DNA from: Elusimicrobiota bacterium
GTDB lineage: Bacteria > Elusimicrobiota > Elusimicrobia > UBA1565
Reading direction: 5' to 3'
NCBI GenBank assembly: GCA_043827405.1
Contig: JBDRPD010000053.1
Location: forward strand, 130,893 to 194,892
DNA length: 64,000 nucleotides
Shown: piece by piece, positions 8,395 through 17,262 of the stretch
How the letters are laid out: the number at the start of each line of letters is the position of its first letter
Position numbering within the stretch: the first letter of the stretch is position 1
The notes under the pieces: model-generated
Databases searched by the model: none
Told to the model about the DNA's origin: nothing
Seen by the model: only the letters and a program-made list of their open reading frames with translations
Program-made: the position numbers and the translations under genes

Positions 8395-10175
8395 GACGTC
8401 AGCGCGGGATCATGGGCGCCCGAGAGATACTTGAACCAGACATCGCCGTAGGAGCCGGTCGAGCCGTCGGCGCGCGTGAACTCGGCGCCGTCCCGGGAGC
8501 TCAAGCTGTTGCCGCGCCCATCGAAGTTGCTGACCCGCGTCGTCGCCTTATTGGACAGCGTGAGCGAGGCGATGCCCGCCTCCGCCAGCGTCACCGCCGG
8601 GGCGTTCAGGCTGCCGAGCTTGGCCCGCAGGCCGTAGCGCCGTCCCAGCGCCGCCAGCTCCTCCGCCCCGAGCCGGCCGGAGTCGAAAGCGGCTCGCGTG
8701 ATAACGCCCTCGTCCGCGGCGCGTTCCACCAGCACCGCCAGCGAGGCGAAGCCGTCGCGATAGCCCGCTTCCCCGCCGGCCGCCGTGAGATCGGTGAGGT
8801 CGCCGAAAAGCTCCTTGCCGTTTTCACCGGCGATCCCGTCGCCGTCGGCGTCGAAGACCAGGACCGCGTCCCCCGCGGCGATATCGCTCAGCAAATCGGG
8901 GCGGCCGTCGGCGTCCAGATCGAAGCGGACGTCCCGGGAGCTGGTGAGCACCCCGTCGCCGTCCAGGTCGAGCACCAGCGGCGAAAGCTCCTGGACTTCC
9001 TTGATCTTCATGGGCTTGGTGGAGCCGTCCGCCATGGTCAGCTCGACCAGGTCCCGGCCCAGCGGCCGCACGTTCTCGAGCCGCTCGATGCCTTTCTTCA
9101 GATCGGTGTACAAGCCGAAAACCATCGACTTGCTGCGCCGGCCGAAGCGGTCGTCCTTAAAACGCCGAAACGACAGCAGCGCGTCCGGATTCGAACCGCT
9201 GCTGCCTTCCGCAAAGAGCATATAGGTAGACAGGCGCGGCAGCGGCCGGCCCTCCTTGCGCTTCTCCCGCAGCAGGGACAAGCTCACGTCCGGCTGCGTC
9301 CAGATGGCACTGCGCGAGCCCCCCTGATTCGGCCGCATATGCTCCAGCCGCATCATCATCATGAAGGTCGTCCAATGATCAAACAAGGTGTCCCAGACCG
9401 GGCGCGGCGCGGACACCAGCACGGCGCGATTCGCGCCGCGCGGCATGCGCGAACCGGCCGGGAATACCGGCGGGGGACGGCGCATCGGCACCACGAAGCT
9501 CACGCTTGAGCCCCGCGGCTTGGCCGCCTGAACCGGCGCCTGCGGCTTCTCGTCAAATCCCAGGAGCCCGGAGAGCGCCCGGGTATGTCCGGTGGGAATC
9601 GGCACCGGCATAATGGTCACGGCTTCCGGCTTAATGAAGCCGATGACTTCGGTCAGGCCGGAGATACCGGAAACCGTGGCGCAAATACCCTCCCAGACGT
9701 CGCCGGCGAAACGCTTGAGCAAAGTCAGCTCCGGCAGCCGCGGCAGGGAGAGGGCGGGAGCGCGCAGCCCCGAGAGCTTCCGCTCGACCGCTCCTTTATA
9801 TATGGACCAGTTCCGCGCCGGACGGCTCAGATAAGCCGCGATGCGTCGGCCATAAACCTGCTTATAGACGGCCCAGTTCTGCGCCGGACGGCTCAAGTAT
9901 TCTGCGCCGGTGATCCTTCCGGCGGCCAGACGGCTCGCGGCCGCCCGGCCGAGGCCGGCGAGCATCGACTTCTCGCCCAGGCGATAGGCCTTGCCGGCTC
10001 CGAAGTCGCGGGCGCGCTGCGGCGGGAGATAGGGAACGGGATTGCCGGGCTGTAAAGCGGGGGGCCGAAGCAGGGAGGGAGGGAGGATGGGCGCCAACTG
10101 AGCCGCACCGATCTCGGTGGAAAGAAGCGCGAGAACGACAAAACCAGAGAAGAGCTTCTTTAACTCTCGGCGCAT
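8391..10175 (-). CDS. secreted protein with C-terminal DxDxDG Ca2+-binding module (as in RTX-associated proteins)
   Basis: SPLVLDLDGDG...FDLDADG...FDADGDG...ELFGD...DGFASLA...DVWF; signal peptide; internal YLSRPA.NW..YK repeat. Confidence 0.7.
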   Translation of the reverse strand: MRRELKKLFSGFVVLALLSTEIGAAQLAPILPPSLLRPPALQPGNPVPYLPPQRARDFGAGKAYRLGEKSMLAGLGRAAASRLAAGRITGAEYLSRPAQNWAVYKQVYGRRIAAYLSRPARNWSIYKGAVERKLSGLRAPALSLPRLPELTLLKRFAGDVWEGICATVSGISGLTEVIGFIKPEAVTIMPVPIPTGHTRALSGLLGFDEKPQAPVQAAKPRGSSVSFVVPMRRPPPVFPAGSRMPRGANRAVLVSAPRPVWDTLFDHWTTFMMMMRLEHMRPNQGGSRSAIWTQPDVSLSLLREKRKEGRPLPRLSTYMLFAEGSSGSNPDALLSFRRFKDDRFGRRSKSMVFGLYTDLKKGIERLENVRPLGRDLVELTMADGSTKPMKIKEVQELSPLVLDLDGDGVLTSSRDVRFDLDADGRPDLLSDIAAGDAVLVFDADGDGIAGENGKELFGDLTDLTAAGGEAGYRDGFASLAVLVERAADEGVITRAAFDSGRLGAEELAALGRRYGLRAKLGSLNAPAVTLAEAGIASLTLSNKATTRVSNFDGRGNSLSSRDGAEFTRADGSTGSYGDVWFKYLSGAHDPALTS

Positions 10176-10260
10176 CACTGCCTCGGCGTTGCGACGCTAT
10201 CAGTCTAGCCCCGGGGTGTTACAAAGCGATTGCGCCAAGGTAAATTTGTATTCTTGATTT

Positions 10261-11697
10261 ATGCCGAAATTTTCAGGATCGCGTCCGCCGGCGGTGGCGG
10301 GACGCTTCTACCCCGGCGATCCCGGCAAGCTCAGGACCGAAGTCGACGGCATGCTCGATGCCGCGCCGGACCCCGTCCCCGACGACAACGCGGTCGGCGG
10401 CGTCTCCCCGCATGCCGGCTACGCTTTTTCGGGCCGCCTCGCGGCGCGCGTCTGCAAAGCGCTCAAGCACAAGCGGCCCAAGACCATAGTGCTGCTCGGC
10501 ACGGCGCATCACGAGGAGGTCGGCGGCCTCGCCCTGCCGGATACCGCCTCCTTCGCGACCCCGCTGGGCGAGGTCCCGGTCGATACCGGGATGGCGGAGG
10601 CCCTGCTGGCCGCCCACCCGGAAGTCAAAATCTCCCCCGCCGCCCATGCGCGCGAGCATTCACTTGAGGTCCAGCTCCCCTTTCTCCAACGCGCCCATGA
10701 AGGCGCCCATATCCTGCCGCTGCTCACCGGAGTCAAAAACCGGGGCTCCGCGGAGGAGCTCGGCCGGGAGCTCGGCCGGCTCATTAAGGAAAGAGACGCT
10801 TTACTGATCGTAGCCACCGACCTTTCGCATTTCCCCTCCGATTCCGGAGCGCGGCGCAGCGACCTCGCCTTGCTGGCGGCGCTGGAAAAAATGGATGCGG
10901 ATTTCCTCTGGGACGCCGATCGCGCCCTAATGCGTCTGGACATCCCGCAGCTGCACTGCACCGCCTGCGGCCTCGGCGCCGCGGCCGTCGGAATCACGGC
11001 CTGCCTGGAGCTGGACGCCGGCGTCTGCGAGGTCCTGCAGTACGCCAATTCCTATGACATCTCCGGCGACGCCGAACGGGTCGTGGGCTACGGCGCCGCG
11101 CTGTTTAAGAAGGGCGCGCGGCCGGACGGCCCCTTCTTCGGCCTGGGCGAGCAGGAAAAGTCGGCGCTCCTCAAGCTGGCGCGCGCGGCCCTCGCTGAAT
11201 ACCTGCGCACGGGAAAAGAGCCGGCGCCGCGCGCTTTCGACCTGCCCCTGCTCAATCTGCCCGGGGCGGCTTTCGTAACCTGGACCGAACGTTCGGCCTC
11301 CGCCGAACGCGAGCTGCGCGGCTGCGTGGGAACGACCCTGCGCGACCGGACGATCGGCAACTGCGTCGCCCATTTCGCCGTCCGCAGCGCCGTCTCCGAC
11401 ACGCGCTTTACTCCCGTCGCCGCGGCGGACCTGCCCGCGCTGCATGCCGAGGTCTCGGTGCTCTCACCGTCCCGGCCATCCACCGCCGAGGCCGTCCGCC
11501 CCGGCCAGGGCGTGGTCTTCGAGCTCGGCCGCGCCCGCGGGCTGTTTCTGCCCCTGATGTGGGAGCGCTACCCGGACAAGGAAAAGTTCATGAACGTCCT
11601 CGCCGGCTCCAAGGCCGGCGCCCGGGAAGATGCCTGGAGAGATCCCGCGGCCAAGCTCTGGACCTTCGAAGCGGAGGCGTTCGGCGAAGAAGAATGA
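10261..11697 (+). CDS. amrB: AmmeMemoRadiSam protein B-protein A fusion (MEMO1 + AMMECR1 domains)
   Basis: RPPAVAGRFYP, PHAGY.FSG, EHSLEVQLPFLQ, DLSH and VVGY (Memo); AAFVT...LRGCVG...DTRF...EVSVLS (AMMECR1). Confidence 0.92.
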   Translation: MPKFSGSRPPAVAGRFYPGDPGKLRTEVDGMLDAAPDPVPDDNAVGGVSPHAGYAFSGRLAARVCKALKHKRPKTIVLLGTAHHEEVGGLALPDTASFATPLGEVPVDTGMAEALLAAHPEVKISPAAHAREHSLEVQLPFLQRAHEGAHILPLLTGVKNRGSAEELGRELGRLIKERDALLIVATDLSHFPSDSGARRSDLALLAALEKMDADFLWDADRALMRLDIPQLHCTACGLGAAAVGITACLELDAGVCEVLQYANSYDISGDAERVVGYGAALFKKGARPDGPFFGLGEQEKSALLKLARAALAEYLRTGKEPAPRAFDLPLLNLPGAAFVTWTERSASAERELRGCVGTTLRDRTIGNCVAHFAVRSAVSDTRFTPVAAADLPALHAEVSVLSPSRPSTAEAVRPGQGVVFELGRARGLFLPLMWERYPDKEKFMNVLAGSKAGAREDAWRDPAAKLWTFEAEAFGEEE

Positions 11698-12767
11698 CGG
11701 CCGACGCCTCTTTCCCGACCAAATACTGGCACCGTCTGCCCGACGACCGCGTGCAGTGCGACGTCTGCCCGCGCGCCTGCAAGCTGGCCGAGGGCCGGCA
11801 CGGCCTATGCTTCGTGCGCAAGCGCGAGCACGGCGCCGTGGTGCTGACCACTTACGGCCGCTCCAGCGGCTTCTGCATCGATCCCATCGAGAAGAAGCCG
11901 CTCAACCACTTCCTGCCCGGCACGCCGGTCCTCTCCTTCGGCACCGCCGGCTGCAACCTGGCCTGCCGCTTCTGCCAAAACTGGAATATCAGCAAGTCCC
12001 GCGAGCACGACACCCTCGCCGCACAGGCTTCTCCCGAACGCATCGCCCGCGCCGCCCAAGAGCACGGCTGTTCCGGCGTCGCCTTCACCTACAACGATCC
12101 GGTGATCTTCCTCGAATACGCCGTCGATACCGCCGCCGCCTGCCATAAGCTCGGCGTCCGCACGATCGCCGTCACCGCGGGCTACATCACGCCCCTGGCC
12201 CGCGGCGAATTCTACCGGAATATGGACGCGGCCAACGTGGACCTCAAGGCCTTCAGCGAGAGCTTCTACGCCAAGCACTGCTCCGGGCGGCTGGCCGATA
12301 TTCTGGACACTCTGGTCTACATCAAAAAAGAAACGAAGGTCTGGCTGGAGCTCACCACTCTCCTCATTCCGGGCCTCAACGACGACGCGCGGGAGATCGA
12401 CGCCATGACGCGCTGGATCGCCGCCGAGCTCGGCGCCGACGTGCCGCTCCACTTCACCGCTTTTCATCCCGACTGGAAGCTGACCGACCGGCCGCGCACC
12501 CCGCTCGCTACCCTTTCCCGCTCCCGCGACATCGGCAAAAAGAACGGGCTCCTCCACGTCTATACCGGCAACGTCAGCGACCCGGAGGGCGAGAGCACCT
12601 ACTGCGGCGGCTGCGGGAAACCGCTCATCGGCCGCGACCGCTACCGGCTCTCCGCATGGGAACTTGACGCGAACGGAAACTGCCGCAGCTGCGGCGAGCG
12701 GCTCGCCGGCGTCTTCGCCGGGCCGCCCGGAGACTGGGGCGCGCGGCGGCAACTTATTTCCCTATGA
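11694..12767 (+). CDS. amrS: AmmeMemoRadiSam system radical SAM enzyme
   Basis: N-terminal CDVCPRAC; DPIEKKPLNHFLPG; CNLACRFCQNW (CxxxCxxC); ATGA overlap with the upstream gene. Confidence 0.95.
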   Translation: MTADASFPTKYWHRLPDDRVQCDVCPRACKLAEGRHGLCFVRKREHGAVVLTTYGRSSGFCIDPIEKKPLNHFLPGTPVLSFGTAGCNLACRFCQNWNISKSREHDTLAAQASPERIARAAQEHGCSGVAFTYNDPVIFLEYAVDTAAACHKLGVRTIAVTAGYITPLARGEFYRNMDAANVDLKAFSESFYAKHCSGRLADILDTLVYIKKETKVWLELTTLLIPGLNDDAREIDAMTRWIAAELGADVPLHFTAFHPDWKLTDRPRTPLATLSRSRDIGKKNGLLHVYTGNVSDPEGESTYCGGCGKPLIGRDRYRLSAWELDANGNCRSCGERLAGVFAGPPGDWGARRQLISL

Positions 12768-13433
12768 GCGCATGAGCTCGCGCACGTAGCGATCGGCCTC
12801 GCGCGTCGGTTTGGGCACCCGCTGGCCGTCGCAAACGGCGCGCGTCAGGCGCATCGCGCTCTTCATGTCGATCAGATGCCCGGGCGAGACATAGACCGGA
12901 CGCCGGCATTCGCCGGCGCGGAAGGCCGTCCCGATCTGTTCCCCCTGGTGCAGGAGCGGCGCGGTCGAGCCAAAACCCGAAGCGGGAGTGCGATGGGTGC
13001 CGATCAGCACCGACTTGGCCACCCCGATCGTCGGGATGCCCAGCCACAGCCCCATATGGCAGGCCAGTCCGAAACCGCGCGGATGCGCGATGCCGTGGGC
13101 GTCGAAGAAGGCGGCATCCGGCTCGCTCTTGAGCTTGCGGAAGGCCGCCAGCAGGGCCGGCGCCTCGCGGAAGCTCAACAGGCCCGGCACGTACGGGAAG
13201 TTCATGTCGGAGACGGCCCACACGCGCTCGACTTCCTTGAGCGACGGCACCGCGTAGACGACGAGCCCCGCGGTGGCCCGCATGGTCGTTAAGTCATAGC
13301 CGCAGTCGGCCCCCACCGCCAGCTTCGCCGAGACCTTGTACGGCGTAAAAATGAGCTTCTCGCGCAGCTTCAGCTGCAGCTCTTTGGCCTTGGCGGGGGT
13401 GAGGTCCCAGTCGTGCAGCTCCCTGATCTTCAT
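12762..13433 (-). CDS. nfi: endonuclease V (deoxyribonuclease V)
   Basis: FPYVPGLLSFRE, DAHGIAHPRGFGLACHMG, PTIGVAKS, PVYVSPGH and P.PTR.AD motifs. Confidence 0.95.
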   Translation of the reverse strand: MKIRELHDWDLTPAKAKELQLKLREKLIFTPYKVSAKLAVGADCGYDLTTMRATAGLVVYAVPSLKEVERVWAVSDMNFPYVPGLLSFREAPALLAAFRKLKSEPDAAFFDAHGIAHPRGFGLACHMGLWLGIPTIGVAKSVLIGTHRTPASGFGSTAPLLHQGEQIGTAFRAGECRRPVYVSPGHLIDMKSAMRLTRAVCDGQRVPKPTREADRYVRELMRS

Positions 13434-13446
13434 ACGAAACCGCCTT

Positions 13447-14559
13447 TCATCCTTTAGAGAGCTTAGCCCGCGCGACGGGAATGCGCCAGGGGATTTCAGG
13501 ACCGATCTCGGGAGCGCCCGCGAAATGGTCCGGCTCGCGACGCCGGTCCTCATTGTAGATTCGTTGGAGCTCGTCCCAGCCCATAGCCCCGCCGCCTTCC
13601 GGCGCCCGCCCGGCCGCCGCAGACGCGCGCGCCAGACAGGCCGGAATTTTTTCGGCCAAGCGCAGAATCTCCCGTTCGACCTCCTCGGCGTACGGATGCG
13701 CGGCGGCCCGGCGGACATCCGCGGCGAAACGGCGGCCGTCCGCGGAGGGAAGCCAGTCCAGCACCTCCTTGAGATGGGCCTCGGCCGCGTCGAGGAGCCG
13801 GCGGCGCTCCGGCAGGTGCACGTCCCGCCACGACCGCAGCTCGTCGAGGACGCCCTTGAGCCGCTCCTGTTCGATCCCGTGCGCGAGCATCAGATGAGAG
13901 GCGAACCAGAACCAGTGGCGGTTCTTGCTCCGCACGTACTCCAGGCTCCCGCGGCGGCGCGCGAGCTCCGCGAGCCGCGCTTCGACCGATTTTCGCGGGG
14001 TTAGGGCCTCGCCGCGGCTCAGGCTCAGGCGCCGCTGTTCGGAATCCAGAAAAAGGATCACTTGGTGGTAGGCGTCCATGCCCGTCCCGAGGTCCGCGGC
14101 CGTTTCGCCCGCCGGCACGCCTCCGAGCTCGCAGGCGGCCGCCGCGCCCACGGCCAGCGAGTAGGCCTCATTCTCCTCCAGATGCAGGAACGTCTCGATC
14201 CCCCTGCTCCGGACTTCCCGCCCAAGCAGGACGTGGCCGTAGAGCTCATGGGCCAAAGTCTCGGCCACGATCGTTCCGGTCGACCGGATGAGCCCCTCGC
14301 TGAGAAGGATGCGCGCGGGGAGCGCCCCGCTGTCCGCCCGGCCCCAGCCTCCCTTATGGGCGACATCCGAGGAAAAGGAAACGAGATAGCCGAAGTCCCG
14401 GCGCGTCTCAAGACGCGCGGCGGTCGGGCTCTTCTTGAGCGCGGAGAGGGCCCTCTCGATAACGGCGCGCTCCTCCGGCCGCCCGCGGTCCGCGATCGTC
14501 GGCGGCTCCGCGGCGCGGCAGAGGAGGGCGAGAATCGAAAGCAGCGGGAGCAGGCTCAC
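13447..14559 (-). CDS. secreted hypothetical protein with zincin-like HExxGH motif
   Basis: Signal peptide; TLAHELYGH followed by EENEAY. Confidence 0.6.
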   Translation of the reverse strand: MSLLPLLSILALLCRAAEPPTIADRGRPEERAVIERALSALKKSPTAARLETRRDFGYLVSFSSDVAHKGGWGRADSGALPARILLSEGLIRSTGTIVAETLAHELYGHVLLGREVRSRGIETFLHLEENEAYSLAVGAAAACELGGVPAGETAADLGTGMDAYHQVILFLDSEQRRLSLSRGEALTPRKSVEARLAELARRRGSLEYVRSKNRHWFWFASHLMLAHGIEQERLKGVLDELRSWRDVHLPERRRLLDAAEAHLKEVLDWLPSADGRRFAADVRRAAAHPYAEEVEREILRLAEKIPACLARASAAAGRAPEGGGAMGWDELQRIYNEDRRREPDHFAGAPEIGPEIPWRIPVARAKLSKG

Positions 14560-14617
14560 CCCGTGATTTTAGCATGGGGGGACGCGGCAAGTCGGAGCCA
14601 GGCGCCATGGTCCGCAG

Positions 14618-17200
14618 CTAGAAACGGATAGCGAGCTCGGCGGGCGGCGCGCCGTGGAGGTAGTCCGCCTCCAGGCGATAGGCGCCGCCGGTTTCGACGA
14701 CGCTCCAGCCCTCGGTCAGGGCGCGTCCGTCGAGACGGACCTCCTTGGGACGCGCCGGCGAGATCACGACCGCCCTGCCCCGATGCCCGGCGAAGGCCTG
14801 AAGCCGGACCCGCAGGGTCCTGTCCTTGGGATCATAGACGCTCTCGAGCAGCCGCGATCCGGCGGCGGCCAAATAGGGCGTCCGCGGCACGCCGAGGACA
14901 AGCTCGATTGTCCGCGCCGGCGCCTGGGTCTCGGGCATGACCGCCGAGGGATAGGGCTTCCCGTCGAAAAGGATCTCCGCGAGGAGGGGGCCGCCGCCGC
15001 GGATCTCGACGTCGATGGACTTGCCGCCGACCGCCAGCTCGAAGCGGGCCTTTTCGCGTCCTTCCGCCGGCCGGGGCTCAAACGAGAAGTTCCACGCGTT
15101 CTCCCGCAGGCCGAGCAGGTCATGGACCGCGTAGAGGAACCAGCCGCCCGCCCACAGGAACTGCGGCTTGTGGATGAGGCCGTATTCGGCCGGGGCGCCC
15201 TTCTTGGCGATGCGGAACTCGTACATCGCCGCATGCCCGCGCGGGCTGGCGGCGGCTCCGTCGACGGTCATGATCTTTTTCAGGAAGCGAAAGGCCTCAT
15301 CCCGCCTGCCGGCCGCGCGCAGGGCCAAAGCGTACCAGGCGTTGCCGTGCGACCAGACTCCCCCGTTCATGTAGTAGTAGGGCTCGCCCGCCTCGCCCTC
15401 CTCGAACTTGAAAAAGTCCTTGAGGGTGTGGAAGTCCATGGGCACGGCGTTGTAGACGCCGATGTCCGGATCCACCATGGTCGCGGACGCGGTACGGGCC
15501 AAGGTCTCCGTCTTTTCCCGGTCGAGCAGGCCGAAGTGGGCCGCGAGCAAAGACCCCGTGTAGAGGTGCGGGTCCTTCTTCCCGCCCAGGTTATAGTTGA
15601 TGAGATAGCCCAGCTCGCCGTCCCACAGCTTCTCGCCGAGGCCGCGCTCAAGACGGCCGGCGAGCTCCGCGTAGCGCGAAAGCTCCTCAACGCCTTGCTC
15701 GAGCGCCGAGCAGACGTAGGAAAACTCGCGCAGCGAGCGCGCCGCCAGGATCGTCATATAGGCCCGGGGACCGAAGCTCCGGCCGATGTCCCACCAGTCC
15801 GGGCGCTCGGCCCCGATAACATCGTCCTTCATGTTCACGAGCATCTGCCGCACGCTGGTCTCGAGGTACGGATAGAGCTTGCGCAGGGTTTCCAGGTCGC
15901 CGCTGTGGCGCAGGTACCTGGCCGATACCAGGACGAACCAGAAGTGGTTCCAGTTCGTGGGCGAGGCGAACTCCGTCGCGTAGCGGCCGTCCTTCCAGTA
16001 GTAGGCATGGGGGATGACATGGTCCTCTTTCGCGCGGCTGACGATGAAGAGGAGGTCCCGCTTGGCGCGGGCCGGATCGAAGCTCACGGCCCCCATGTCC
16101 GTCATCAGGGCGTCATGCGTGAAGTGGAAGTTGTACTCCGCGGGGCAGGGCATGGGGACGATCTCGCCGTCGAGATAATGGGCGTTGGCCGCCAGCATGG
16201 CCCGCGCCCAGCGCACCGAGTGGTCGACGGCCGCGTCGCCGGTCTCGGCGCCGCCGGCGGACTTCTCGAGCACGCGCCGCTCGAACACCTCCGCCTCGCG
16301 CCGGTAATTCTTCCGCAGATAGCCGACCATTTCCCCGACCTCGCCGGCGCGCGCCGCGCCGATGAGTTGGACGACGGTCATCTTCTCTCCGGGCGCGAGC
16401 CGCTTGCGGTAGACGAAGGCGGCGGCGGGCCGGCCGGGAGCGGACTTCGGCAGGTCCGCCCGCGGCAGGCCGGCCTCGCGCTTTATCCACCAGCTCTCGT
16501 CCGTGCCGGGAGCGCCGAGCTTCCCGCCGTCGGTCGCGAACGCGGCGGGAGCTTCCCCCGCGTTGGCCGCGAACAGGCGCGCGTCCCCGGCTTCGCTGTC
16601 ATCAAAGTGGACGATAAGCGTCGCCCCCCCGTCCCGCGACTCGGTCCAGGCCTTATCCTTGAGGGTGAAGCTGTGGCTGGTCTTGACCGCAGCCTCGAGC
16701 TGGGTGAAGAGCTCGAAGGTCTCGGGGGCGCCGCCGGTATTCGTCAGCTCAATCGCCGCCGCCATGCCGGGCTTGTTCTCGAAGAACCGGTACGAGATCT
16801 CTATCGCCTTCCGATCATCGCGCTTATGAAAAACGACTGAGTACGGGGTCAGCCGGTGCGCGTACGGCTCGCCCCCGATCCATTCTTTCGGCCCGTCCCC
16901 GATTTTCAGGCCCAGGGCCAGGGCGCGGCTCGCGTCGTGCGCCCAGTAGTCGGGACGCATGTCGACGCTGTTGGCCACGGGGTAGTAGAAGCTCAGGCGC
17001 GTCGGCAGCGGGCTGCCGTTGTACATGACGACGCCCATATAGGGACCGCCCACCTCGATGAGGGCGGCGGCGGCTTTTTCGGCGTCCACCTCCCGCACCA
17101 GGCGCGCATAGGGCTCCTGGCAGCCGCCGGGTGAGGGCGACAGCAGATTGGCGCAGAGCGCGCCCGCCAGCAGACCGGTCCGCGTCCGTTGCATAAGCAT
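14618..17200 (-). CDS. secreted (alpha/alpha)6-barrel glycoside hydrolase-like protein
   Basis: YLRHSGDLETLRKLYPYL, PDWWD, LWDGELGY, YMNGGVWSHGNAWY and QFLWAGG resemble six-hairpin glycosidases (glycogen-debranching-like). Family not assignable by eye. Confidence 0.65.
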   Translation of the reverse strand: MLMQRTRTGLLAGALCANLLSPSPGGCQEPYARLVREVDAEKAAAALIEVGGPYMGVVMYNGSPLPTRLSFYYPVANSVDMRPDYWAHDASRALALGLKIGDGPKEWIGGEPYAHRLTPYSVVFHKRDDRKAIEISYRFFENKPGMAAAIELTNTGGAPETFELFTQLEAAVKTSHSFTLKDKAWTESRDGGATLIVHFDDSEAGDARLFAANAGEAPAAFATDGGKLGAPGTDESWWIKREAGLPRADLPKSAPGRPAAAFVYRKRLAPGEKMTVVQLIGAARAGEVGEMVGYLRKNYRREAEVFERRVLEKSAGGAETGDAAVDHSVRWARAMLAANAHYLDGEIVPMPCPAEYNFHFTHDALMTDMGAVSFDPARAKRDLLFIVSRAKEDHVIPHAYYWKDGRYATEFASPTNWNHFWFVLVSARYLRHSGDLETLRKLYPYLETSVRQMLVNMKDDVIGAERPDWWDIGRSFGPRAYMTILAARSLREFSYVCSALEQGVEELSRYAELAGRLERGLGEKLWDGELGYLINYNLGGKKDPHLYTGSLLAAHFGLLDREKTETLARTASATMVDPDIGVYNAVPMDFHTLKDFFKFEEGEAGEPYYYMNGGVWSHGNAWYALALRAAGRRDEAFRFLKKIMTVDGAAASPRGHAAMYEFRIAKKGAPAEYGLIHKPQFLWAGGWFLYAVHDLLGLRENAWNFSFEPRPAEGREKARFELAVGGKSIDVEIRGGGPLLAEILFDGKPYPSAVMPETQAPARTIELVLGVPRTPYLAAAGSRLLESVYDPKDRTLRVRLQAFAGHRGRAVVISPARPKEVRLDGRALTEGWSVVETGGAYRLEADYLHGAPPAELAIRF

Positions 17201-17262
17201 GCCCGTCTGATAAGATGTTAGCTCGCGCGGCGGGAACGCGCCAGGGGCGGGATGGAGCGAAC

